A stretch of 64,000 bases of DNA from positions 620,001 to 684,000 of the forward strand of contig CAWKCK010000005.1 in the NCBI GenBank assembly GCA_963848135.1, given 5' to 3'. Under the pieces are notes generated by a model. It was not told where the DNA came from. It saw only the letters and a list, made by a program, of their open reading frames with translations, and did not search any database. This stretch comes from an uncultured delta proteobacterium (GTDB taxonomy: Bacteria > Desulfobacterota > Desulfobacteria > Desulfobacterales > SG8-13). The translations under genes and the position numbers were made by a program. Below are positions 30,634 to 39,769 of the stretch, piece by piece; position 1 is the stretch's first letter, and every line of letters starts with the position of its first letter.

Positions 30634-31590
30634 CTAAACTGTTAAAAATGGGTACTTTGGATCGTTACCCTCCAATACGCACAATACATCTTTAGCAACC
30701 ATGCTCATGCGGATCATCGCTTCCTCTGTATGGGCTGACATGTGCGGTGTTCCAACAAAGTTATCCAGTTCAAGGATCGGATTGTCCCTCGTAACCGGCT
30801 CCACTTCATATACGTCCGACCCGGCACCAGCTATTCTGTTCTTCTGCAATGCTGCAACGACATCATTTTCGTTCCATACAGGCCCTCTGGCCATATTTAT
30901 CAAAATCGCTTCGGGCTTCATCAAATTGACCAGTTCAGCATTGACAAAGTGCTGGGTTTGCGGCAGCAGCGGCATATTAATTGAGATAAAATCCGCTTCA
31001 CTAAATAAGATTTTTTCATCGACCCGCTGGGCCTCCAGTTCATTTTCCGCCTCTGGATATGCAATTGGATCGTAATATAAAACGCTCATATCGAAGCCCA
31101 ACCGGCAGATTCTTGCAGTTTGTTGACCAATACGGCCAAACCCCAACACCCCCAGAGTTTTTTCTCTGAGCTCGGTTCCTATGAGTTCATAACGTGCCTG
31201 CCAGTTACTGTTCCGGAGAGCAATGTCAGCCAGTCTTATTTTCTTTGCCAGCATGAGCGCCAGTGCGAGGAAGTGTTCGGCGACACTTTCCTTGTTGGCT
31301 TGAGGCGTATATACGACCTTGACCCCTCTCTTCTTTGCAGCCAACAAATCAATAGCATCCAATCCAACGCCGTGCCTTCCAATAACCTTCAATTTCGGTG
31401 CGGCTTCGATTATTTTTTCTGTTACGGCCCCGTTAGCCCGAATGATTATGGCATTTACATCTGTAACCTGATCGATTAGGTCCTTTTCGTCGTATGATTT
31501 GGCATATCGGAGGTCACAATCCGCTTCCAAAATTGCCGTACCCTCTCGATGCATGGATTCATACAACAAGATTTTATATTTTTTCTCCAT
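30634..31590 (-). CDS. D-isomer-specific 2-hydroxyacid dehydrogenase (SerA-like, no ACT domain)
   Basis: RHGVGLD, GFGRIG, NMARG, DVYEVEP, TPH. Confidence 0.92.
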   Translation of the reverse strand: MEKKYKILLYESMHREGTAILEADCDLRYAKSYDEKDLIDQVTDVNAIIIRANGAVTEKIIEAAPKLKVIGRHGVGLDAIDLLAAKKRGVKVVYTPQANKESVAEHFLALALMLAKKIRLADIALRNSNWQARYELIGTELREKTLGVLGFGRIGQQTARICRLGFDMSVLYYDPIAYPEAENELEAQRVDEKILFSEADFISINMPLLPQTQHFVNAELVNLMKPEAILINMARGPVWNENDVVAALQKNRIAGAGSDVYEVEPVTRDNPILELDNFVGTPHMSAHTEEAMIRMSMVAKDVLCVLEGNDPKYPFLTV

Positions 31591-31651
31591 TTATTCCCCT
31601 CAACAGGTAGCCATCAAGCTTGATATTTCAATTATTACAGTAGTTTATAAG

Positions 31652-31702
31652 GTTGACAACTAAATTGTTAACAATATAGTTTATTATATTGTTATTAGTC
31701 AA
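31652..31702 (-). promoter_or_regulatory. Sigma70-like promoter overlapped by a palindromic operator (probable GntR site)
   Basis: Minus strand TTGACT-N18-TATATT; perfect palindrome ATTGTTAACAAT at 31664-31675 plus TTGTCAAC next to it. Confidence 0.55.
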
Positions 31703-32014
31703 GCGGTTTTTGATAAAGACTGACAATCAATGGTTCCCAAGTTTATTCGATTTAAGTTGTCGCCGGCTTTATCGAAGAGGTCAAATTATATAAATGTAAT
31801 AATGGCGCTAATCAGTAGTCCCGAAACCTGGGGAACGATATGTAATGAAAGGAAATTGGCGGACTGATTATCTGGTAAGGTCGAAAACGTAGAATTTTAA
31901 TTGTGCTGAAGCGACAGTTTGTTATCGCCCAGTTGTTTAGCGGATTTCGTAATCAATTAATTGTGAGCCTAACATTATTCCTGTAACCGTAGGCAGTGGA
32001 AGATTGATATTTCA

Positions 32015-33355
32015 TCAGCCTCTCAAGGGGTTCAAGCGCATATTTTCATTAAAACTTAAAACAAGTGGTTCACGATCCACAGTAACGTCAGCAAGCTTCT
32101 GAAGTTCTGGTAAAATTGCTTCACTGGCCCAAAAAGTTTCCAATTCGCCGGTATTAACGATACGCACCATGCGAGCTTTCGCTGGATCAGGCACCCGTGC
32201 CAATGCTGCTTCAACTGCAGCCCGGTCGTTTTCGAGAGGAATGGGCATGCGTGCTGATCGCAGTACACCTGATGTAAATACATTCGTATACGTGGCATTC
32301 CAGTCAATTTGATCAATCATTCTGCGGGTCGTCAAATCAGCCATGCCGATCCCGGTGGCGTTCCCATGTGAGTGCAGTGTCAAATCCAACACGATGAGAA
32401 TACGAAAATCCGGTTTTCGTGGACCGCCCTCCCGCCGCCAGAAGCCGATTACATTGGGGTCCATTCCGGCCCCGCTGATATTTTTCCCCATCTCGTCCAC
32501 TAACAATATATCCAGATCATCCACCGGCAATTTCGGTAATAATTGCCAGGCAATTTTTAAAAATTCCCGATCAAGGTCGGCGAATCCTTGTGGACCGACG
32601 AGCTTTATAGAGTGCGTCCCACCACTGGCATTCTCCGTAACCCCCAGGCCACCAAGGACCGAAGTCTTTTGCATGATTAACCGGGCAGCTGGTACTATTG
32701 ACTTTGCAAGGTCATATTTATGCATATTCGCGGCACCTATTTGCCGGCCACAGCCAACGGCCAAAATTTTACACAAACCGGATTCTACATCAGAACGAAA
32801 AGCCGTATGTGGTTTTATCCGGTTGATGACCATGATGTGGTCGGCCGCTATGGCATCTTTGGCAAAAAAAACTTCAGCTCCCGACTCAATATGCCCCAAG
32901 GAGACGACATCCATATTTGAAACAATAGGGGCCTTTACAGTTTTTTCAGAAATCCCAAGTTCCGCAAGCATAAGTTCCTGCCCTTCAGCAGTAGCACCGC
33001 CATGTGAACCCATAGCAGGAATAATATAAGGCTCAAGCTGCATCGCACGAAGGCATTCCACTACCGTCGCAACTATTACCCTGAGGTCATGCGTGCCTCT
33101 AGATCCAACTCCGACAGCGACTCGTTGGCCAGGAAGGATCTTTGTCTCCGGTCTGAAGGTCGCGAAATTGTTGCGGACAACTTGTTCAACATTTTTTATA
33201 GATGTGACATTAAAACTTTGTTTGACACGATGAAATAAAGGATAGTTCATGTATCTTTTCCATTTCTCAAAATTTGGAGGTGCATAGTTTTCCGTGGATG
33301 CATCTGGTGTTGTAAATGTTTCAGCCCCTGGTAAAACTGAGCTGAACCCTGACAT
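32015..33355 (-). CDS. Lactate racemase (LarA/DUF2088)-superfamily protein
   Basis: GSRG, PAMGSHGGAT, NRIKPHT, GKNISGAGMD; true start may be ATG 33250. Confidence 0.75.
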   Translation of the reverse strand: MSGFSSVLPGAETFTTPDASTENYAPPNFEKWKRYMNYPLFHRVKQSFNVTSIKNVEQVVRNNFATFRPETKILPGQRVAVGVGSRGTHDLRVIVATVVECLRAMQLEPYIIPAMGSHGGATAEGQELMLAELGISEKTVKAPIVSNMDVVSLGHIESGAEVFFAKDAIAADHIMVINRIKPHTAFRSDVESGLCKILAVGCGRQIGAANMHKYDLAKSIVPAARLIMQKTSVLGGLGVTENASGGTHSIKLVGPQGFADLDREFLKIAWQLLPKLPVDDLDILLVDEMGKNISGAGMDPNVIGFWRREGGPRKPDFRILIVLDLTLHSHGNATGIGMADLTTRRMIDQIDWNATYTNVFTSGVLRSARMPIPLENDRAAVEAALARVPDPAKARMVRIVNTGELETFWASEAILPELQKLADVTVDREPLVLSFNENMRLNPLRG

Positions 33356-33392
33356 CCTTTATACTTAGATCTTCTTTAGTCTGTTTCTTGTC

Positions 33393-34499
33393 TTATACTT
33401 CACAGCTGGATTCAACAAGCTTTAGTACCGCGTCGCCAATTTGCGTGGTTGTTGCATTTCCTCCCATGTCGGGAGTCAGTACCTTTCCGGATCGCAGAAC
33501 GTCGGCAACAGCCGATTCGATCCTGTGCGCAGCCATGGTTGCATCAGCGTCCCCGTCTCGTTCGCCCAGCCAGTCCAGCATCATTGCTACCGATAAGATG
33601 GTTGCTAATGGGTTGGCCACATTTAGTCCAGCGATTTGGGGTGCGCTGCCATGAGAGGGTTGGAACAAGGCATACTGAGAACCAATTTCTGCAGAAGGCC
33701 CCAGGCCCAAACCGCCGACCAAGCCGGCGCCCAGATCGGATAGTATATCACCGAACATATTCTCCATAACGAGGACATCATAATTCCATGGGGCTTGAAC
33801 CATGTACAGAGACATTGCATCAACGTAACAAGCCTCAGCGCCTATATCGGTATGACGGGAGGCCACTTCGTAAAAAACTTTGCGGAAAAACGCGAGGCTG
33901 CGGAACACATTGGCTTTGTCCACGCAGGTTACCATTCGTTTACCATCGTATGGCCGACCGTTGCGACGTTTCGCCAATTGGAACGCAAACTCAACCACCC
34001 GCTCAGTTCCTTTGCGAGTGATCAGCATTGAGTCGGAGACGGCCTGATCTTGGGCCACGCTGCCTCCACCGAAGGAAGCGAAGAGCCCCTCGGTGTTTTC
34101 CCGCAGTACAATAAAATCGATCCCAGGGCCGACATTCCTCAAAACCGATGGTACTCCCTCGTAGAGTTTGATTGGACGAACTGCTGCGTACAGATCCAAA
34201 GCCTTCCGTAGACCGACAACTTGATGGGGCTGGACTTCAGTTCCGTCTACTAAACGAACGTCTGGCAGACCAATGGCTGACAATAGAACGGCATCGGCTC
34301 TCTTGCATTCCTCGATCAATTCAGTAGGCAAGATTTCTCCGGTTTTCTTGTAAAAGGCCGCCCCAAGCGGATGTTCACTAATCCCAACTTGTAGTTCGGT
34401 TAGACCGGATATTGTGCCTTTGAGCACTTTAAGTGCCTCCCTCATGACTTCCGGCCCAATGCCATCACCGGGTAAAACGACTATTCGATAGGTACCCAC
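33393..34499 (-). CDS. Isocitrate/isopropylmalate/tartrate dehydrogenase family protein
   Basis: PGDGIGPEV, RENTEG, DKANV, NMFGDILSD, HGSAP; GTG start. Confidence 0.92.
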   Translation of the reverse strand: MGTYRIVVLPGDGIGPEVMREALKVLKGTISGLTELQVGISEHPLGAAFYKKTGEILPTELIEECKRADAVLLSAIGLPDVRLVDGTEVQPHQVVGLRKALDLYAAVRPIKLYEGVPSVLRNVGPGIDFIVLRENTEGLFASFGGGSVAQDQAVSDSMLITRKGTERVVEFAFQLAKRRNGRPYDGKRMVTCVDKANVFRSLAFFRKVFYEVASRHTDIGAEACYVDAMSLYMVQAPWNYDVLVMENMFGDILSDLGAGLVGGLGLGPSAEIGSQYALFQPSHGSAPQIAGLNVANPLATILSVAMMLDWLGERDGDADATMAAHRIESAVADVLRSGKVLTPDMGGNATTTQIGDAVLKLVESSCEV

Positions 34500-34540
34500 G
34501 TCGGAGTCCTTTCTACTGAATAAACATAATTCTTATATTC

Positions 34541-35449
34541 TCAGATTCGGTAAATCTGTTCGGCGTTGCCACAAAAAAGTTCGAAACGCTCATTGTCAGT
34601 ATAACCGCAGGTGATCTCATTATAGGCTGCCCAAAGTCGGGAATAGCTGCTCATCATCCCGTCCACTGGAAAATTGCTGCCGAACATACAACGCTCCACA
34701 CTGAAAGTTTCAATAGCGTGGAGAACCAACGGTCGGATGGATTCAACTGTCCAGTCGCGATCGAACATTCCAAGCCCGGAAATTTTAACGCAAACATTCT
34801 GAAGTTCAGCCAATGACCGCATTCCCTTTCGCCAGATTTTAAGATTCTCTTCATCTAGTTTGTAAGGCTGCCCTGTGTGACATAGGATAAACTGCAGATC
34901 TGGATTTTCCTTCACCAATTCGCATGCTTGGCCCATTTGTTGGGGATATACTTGCAAATCAAACGAGAAATCAAATTTCTTCAGCAAAGGGATATTTTTC
35001 TGCCACACTGAATTTTCGAGCAATGAGGGTCTATGATTATTTGGGTCAACCAAACACTCGTGCAGCATCTGACGGATGCCCCGAACGTTTGGGTAATTGC
35101 TATGGGCTTCGAGCATGGACTGCACATCAGAACGACCAAGATCTGCGTAAGCGATGATACCGTGAGGAAAACCCCTCGAACCTGGCGAATCAGCAACCAT
35201 TTGAAGCCATCTAGTTTCCCTTACTGGATCGGCGTGATCGTGCTCTGCCTGAACATGGATAGATTTAGCCAGATTAACATCAGCGGCATCTTTGAAAAAA
35301 TCTTCTAAGATATAATTCCTTCGAATTGCTGAATATTCTCCGCAGACTCGATTTGTAATGTGATCCGTAAGCCATGGATAGTAGTTGGTGTTAAGGTCCC
35401 ACAAGTGGTGATGCGTATCAATCATTGTTACAGGATTGGGTGAGGACAT
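34541..35449 (-). CDS. Amidohydrolase family (sugar-acid/pyrone lactonase-like, COG3618 type)
   Basis: IDTHHHLW, VRGIRQ, CH.G.P, VKISG, FGSNFP. Confidence 0.85.
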   Translation of the reverse strand: MSSPNPVTMIDTHHHLWDLNTNYYPWLTDHITNRVCGEYSAIRRNYILEDFFKDAADVNLAKSIHVQAEHDHADPVRETRWLQMVADSPGSRGFPHGIIAYADLGRSDVQSMLEAHSNYPNVRGIRQMLHECLVDPNNHRPSLLENSVWQKNIPLLKKFDFSFDLQVYPQQMGQACELVKENPDLQFILCHTGQPYKLDEENLKIWRKGMRSLAELQNVCVKISGLGMFDRDWTVESIRPLVLHAIETFSVERCMFGSNFPVDGMMSSYSRLWAAYNEITCGYTDNERFELFCGNAEQIYRI

Positions 35450-35570
35450 TTGAATTGCTAATGATTTAGGGTTAACATCAGAGAAAATCGTTTATTGGCT
35501 ATCTGAAACCGAGCCGCCCAATATTAGTTTCAGAATTTGATTTAAATTACATTTTTTGAAAAATAAATCT

Positions 35571-35665
35571 CCCTGCAGCTTGCTGTAGGGTATCAAAGCT
35601 GATTAATTTTTTCCCCTCTCCCCAGGGAAAGGGAATGTGTGGTGACCCTGTAGCGAGCTACAGGG
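35571..35665. repeat. Pair of inverted REP-like palindromes
   Basis: ccctgcagcttgctgtaggg (35571-35590) and ccctgtagcgagctacaggg (35646-35665), each a hairpin and near reverse complements of each other. Confidence 0.6.
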
Positions 35666-35786
35666 AATAATCAAGTTTAAAGTTGCTTGATAATCATCTA
35701 AAAGGCACCTCCCGTTCGCAAATGACACAGCGATTCGTTATAAAGGGTTAACCGCAACCATAACCCTATAACGTAGGAGGTGCCCT

Positions 35787-36806
35787 ATGGAACTGTATGC
35801 CGGTCTGGATCTTCATTCAAGAAATACCTACATCGGAATCATGGACGATGCATTGAATCGTGTTTTCAAAAAGCGTGTGGCCAATGACCTTGACCAGATT
35901 CTTCACACGTTAGAACCCTTCAAAAAACGATTAAAGGGATTCGTTGTAGAGTCCACCTACAACTGGTACTGGCTCGTAGATGGCCTCATGGATGCGGGAT
36001 ATGGCTCTGCACACTTGGCCAACCCGTCGGCAATCAAACAATACGAAGGGCTAAAGTACAGTGACGATCAGCATGACGCCTTTTTTCTGGCCCAACTTCT
36101 CATACTCGGTATTTTGCCCGAAGGCTACATTTACCCAAAGCAACATCGCCCGGTGCGGGACCTGGCACGCAAACGGATGTTTTTAGTCCGGCACAAGACC
36201 GCGAACATCTTGAGCCTGCAATCGCTCATTCAAAGATGCTGTGCAGTAAAAATAAGCACCAGTGACATCCGAAAGATGAACGTCGAAGCATTGGAAAGGT
36301 GGCTAAAAGAAGAGTACCTGATTTTCTCTGCTCAAACCAGTTTGGATACAATAAATTTTCTCAAGCAGAAGATCAAAAGTATAGAGAAAGCAGTAATAGA
36401 AAGAGTAAAACTCAAAAAAGGGTTCAGGCAATTGCTGACAATACCCGGTATCGGTAACATTCTGGCTATGACTATCATGCTGGAAGTGGGTGACATCAAT
36501 CGTTTTCCAAAGGTCGGCAATTTTGCTTCCTACTGTCGGTGCGTGCCATCCAAGCGGTTGTCCGACGGAAAAAGCAAGGGGTGTGGCAATCGTAAAAACG
36601 GCAATCGCTACCTGAGCTGGGCCCTCACTGAAGCCGCTCAATTGGGCCGTCGGTATAATGAACAGTTTAGACGATACTATAACCGCAAGGTTGCTCAGGC
36701 CAATACAAGTCTGGCGACCAAAGCGCTGGGCAACAAACTGGCCCGCATCTGCTACTATATCATGAGAGATCAGGTTCCCTTTCGTGAGGAGCTTCTTGCG
36801 CAATAG
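35787..36806 (+). CDS. IS110 family transposase/recombinase (DEDD RuvC-like + Tnp20)
   Basis: GLDLH, VVEST, KYSDDQHDA, TIPGIG, catalytic-Ser region SDGK, GNRYL; GGAGG RBS. Confidence 0.95.
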   Translation: MELYAGLDLHSRNTYIGIMDDALNRVFKKRVANDLDQILHTLEPFKKRLKGFVVESTYNWYWLVDGLMDAGYGSAHLANPSAIKQYEGLKYSDDQHDAFFLAQLLILGILPEGYIYPKQHRPVRDLARKRMFLVRHKTANILSLQSLIQRCCAVKISTSDIRKMNVEALERWLKEEYLIFSAQTSLDTINFLKQKIKSIEKAVIERVKLKKGFRQLLTIPGIGNILAMTIMLEVGDINRFPKVGNFASYCRCVPSKRLSDGKSKGCGNRKNGNRYLSWALTEAAQLGRRYNEQFRRYYNRKVAQANTSLATKALGNKLARICYYIMRDQVPFREELLAQ

Positions 36807-36809
36807 TTT

Positions 36810-37110
36810 GGGACTGCAGCGGTGATCCTTTGCTATTGGTGGTTAAAATCCCTATTGCTTGGTTGGCCACCGCTGCACTCCCTACAAAATAGATTCAGGC
36901 GGGTGTCCGCTTTTTCGATCTGCCCTTGTCATAAGCTCGCAATGGCTGGCCCGAAAGGAGCCCTATCTCTTGTGACAACCCAATTGGCTTTGACAAGGTA
37001 CCGATCTTTTTCTGGGGTCCGATTACGGACCAGGGGCTTTAGATATTCTCTCTTTGGCCTTGATCCTGATGGGTGCCTGTTAGCAGATTAAGTGACGCTG
37101 CACAGCAAAC
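36810..37110 (+). ncRNA. Candidate bridge RNA / seekRNA in the IS right end
   Basis: Series of long stems (tgcagcggtg/caccgctgca; ccttgtca/tgacaagg) with short matches to target and donor; boundaries approximate. Confidence 0.55.
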
Positions 37111-37351
37111 AAAAAGAAATTTCGGGAGCAGGTAAAAAAATAGGACGAACGCCGTACTGAATTATAGTCCTGCAAAAAAATGTACCCCTTTTGCGATGGC
37201 GAGGTGTTTTTTGTTGACGGAAGCCTTTTAATGGGTGCCAATCTCGTAACTGTCGAAAATGGCGTTGAAACTAAATATATGCTCTGAGTATTATCGGTTT
37301 ACCTCGGGATTTCTCCGAATGTCAAACATCAATAGCCAAAGGTGGTAAACC

Positions 37352-37794
37352 ATGAAAGTGTCCAAAGCAGCCAAAATCTGGATCGATTACCACACGACCC
37401 ATTCAAAAAAAATACGGTAAGATTCTACCAAGCCATCATTGAACGATTCATCCAGGAGTTCGGTAATGGCCCCATCGATCAAGTCACCCCCGAGCACTTC
37501 CCCACCTTCCTGAACCGATTCACCGAGGGCAACAAGCCCTACACCAAGCGGGTCCGCTATTCCCAGCTGTCATCCATTTTCAATTTCGTTCGCAACAATA
37601 TCAATCCTGATGTTAGGAATCAATGCGACACACTCATGATTCGAAAGCTGTATCGGGAGAGAGTGCCAGCGAGATGGGATATCATTGAAAAGGAAACCGG
37701 TGACGAAATTATTCTCGGAACCACTAAACAATTATCCTCCATACATGTGAATTCTTCGATCTATTACATGTTGAATATGATAAGAAAGGCCTGA
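37352..37794 (+). pseudogene. Frameshifted, truncated tyrosine recombinase/integrase (N-terminal part only)
   Basis: ATG 37352 MKVSKAAKIWIDYHTTHSKK continues in the -1 frame after an A8 run as NTVRFYQAIIERF...WDIIEKETGDEII; no catalytic domain follows. Confidence 0.7.
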
Positions 37795-37948
37795 AAATGA
37801 ATGATTTGATAAAAATGGCTGTAGAAAAGTTTGAAACATTCTAATCGGAAATTATGTTACGGTACCTTTCTTGGCATCACGACCCTATATAAATTTGTAA
37901 TATGGCCGTAAGTGTAAACCTGACATTTTTGGTCTCCAGTATATATCT

Positions 37949-39244
37949 ATGAGCTTCCTATCCACCATCCCGGCCTTTATCCGCATTCTCATAGTATTTG
38001 CCGTGATTCTTCTTAGTATCCATCGTAAACTGGCGTTGGGGCACTGTTTTAGCCTGGGAGCTTTTATCTTGGGTATCATGTTTGGTATGTATCCTGTAGC
38101 AATTCTCAAATCAGCAGCCATTGCTCTATCCCATCCAAAAACTCTTAGTCTGGCCGCAGTGGTCAGTCTAATTCTCATACTCAGCCATAGTCTGGAGGCC
38201 GCAGGGCAGATGCAGCGTTTGTTAGACCGATTCCAAGGATTGATTCGTATCCAGGCTATTAATATTGTTATTTTTCCAGCTCTAATCGGACTGCTGCCAA
38301 TGCCAGGAGGCGCCATCTTTTCAGCGCCCATGGTGAAAAACTTGGGATGCCGTGGGGAATTGAACGCTGCTGACCTCAGCTACGTCAACTATTGGTTTCG
38401 TCATATTTGGGAGTATTGGTGGCCACTCTATCCTGGAGTCCTATTGATCACTGCCCTCGGTGGCTTCAATCTCTGGTCTTTGGTACTGGCAGCTCTGCCC
38501 ATGACTTTAGTGGCTGTCGTCGCGGGCTATTGGCCTTTAAGAGGTAAGCTTTCCTTTTTCAACCAAAGACCTCTGAGTGACCAATCTGCGGTCAATATCT
38601 CACCATGGCCTTTTATTAAAGAACTAACACCCATTTGGATAGTCATCGTGCTTGGCATTGCCATTGGGGCCGGCCTATCCCAGCTAAACATGTTCGGAAA
38701 CATCGCCAAGGAAACCGGGCTCATCATCGCCTTAGTTCTGGCCATCCTGCTGGTTTGGCAGACCAACGGAATTTCGGCGGCCACACGTCGTAAGATACTT
38801 TTTAACCGCAAATTGGGAAGCATGGTTTATATGGTCGCCTCAATCCTGATATTCAAGGGAATTTTGGAGGATAGCCAAGGAGTGGATGCTGTAAGCAGCG
38901 AACTGCTGAGATGGGGAATCCCGTTAACGGTAGTAGCAATGACCCTTCCCATGTTGATTGGACTTGTTTCGGGGATAACTATCGCCTTTGTCGGTACAAC
39001 CTTCCCTATCCTGATCTCCCTGATCCATGCCTCACCGGCCAACCACGCGCTGCTGCCTTATTTAATTCTAGGTCTGGTGAGTGGCTTTGTTGGCGTCCTA
39101 TTTTCTCCATTACACGTCTGCCTTCTGCTATCCAATGAATATTTCGAAACCTCCATGGACCAAGTCTATCGTCACCTGCTGGTACCTTGCTTGGCTATGC
39201 TGATTGCTGCACTTATCTATTTCCAGATTTTGAGCCGACTATAA
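37949..39244 (+). CDS. DUF401 family membrane protein (putative transporter)
   Basis: LLPMPGGAIFSAP, NYWFRHIWEYWWPLYPG, SPLHVCL. Confidence 0.85.
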   Translation: MSFLSTIPAFIRILIVFAVILLSIHRKLALGHCFSLGAFILGIMFGMYPVAILKSAAIALSHPKTLSLAAVVSLILILSHSLEAAGQMQRLLDRFQGLIRIQAINIVIFPALIGLLPMPGGAIFSAPMVKNLGCRGELNAADLSYVNYWFRHIWEYWWPLYPGVLLITALGGFNLWSLVLAALPMTLVAVVAGYWPLRGKLSFFNQRPLSDQSAVNISPWPFIKELTPIWIVIVLGIAIGAGLSQLNMFGNIAKETGLIIALVLAILLVWQTNGISAATRRKILFNRKLGSMVYMVASILIFKGILEDSQGVDAVSSELLRWGIPLTVVAMTLPMLIGLVSGITIAFVGTTFPILISLIHASPANHALLPYLILGLVSGFVGVLFSPLHVCLLLSNEYFETSMDQVYRHLLVPCLAMLIAALIYFQILSRL

Positions 39245-39691
39245 ACCTGCCATCTAAAGAAATACTTCAATATGGTGGCGTATTTGATCCTGCCAATTCT
39301 TCTGTGTAAAATGCCCAGTCTCAATTTGATCAAGTGATACGTTAGATTAAGGTTTATTGCGGAAAACGATATGCTTATTTTTCACAATTCAAAACTACAA
39401 AGGATAAAACCAACTCAAAACACGCTAATATCCGTTTATCACGAATATGCAACATTAAGCCTTCTGAAAAAATGTAAATTACGTGCCTCTATACAAAATC
39501 AAGAATAATGAAAATTTGTTTTATTTGCTGATTCAATAGATTTTTTTCATTTAACAACGGAGTTGGTTTCGAATCAGTTACCTTTGCTGGGTGTATAAAT
39601 TGAGGCTGGAGGTTGGAAATAGGGCTGGAATTCCAAAATTAGGAAATAAAAATAGGACTTGGATTTTCATCCTAAGTCCTTGATTTTATTG

Positions 39692-39769
39692 TGGCGGGAG
39701 CGACGAGACTCGAACTCGCGACCTCCGGCGTGACAGGCCGGCGTTCTAACCAAACTGAACTACGCCCCC
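39692..39769 (-). tRNA. tRNA-Asp (GTC)
   Basis: Cloverleaf; anticodon arm CCGGC-CTGTCAC-GCCGG; encoded CCA. Confidence 0.97.

Larger units (their letters stand above)
35688..37237 (+). mobile_element. IS110-family insertion sequence, IS1111-type (short left end, long right non-coding end)
   Basis: TG core at both ends (35688-89, 37236-37); sub-terminal IRs catctaaaaggc / gccttttaatg; joining the ends gives TTGACG-N17-GATAAT. Confidence 0.8.
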
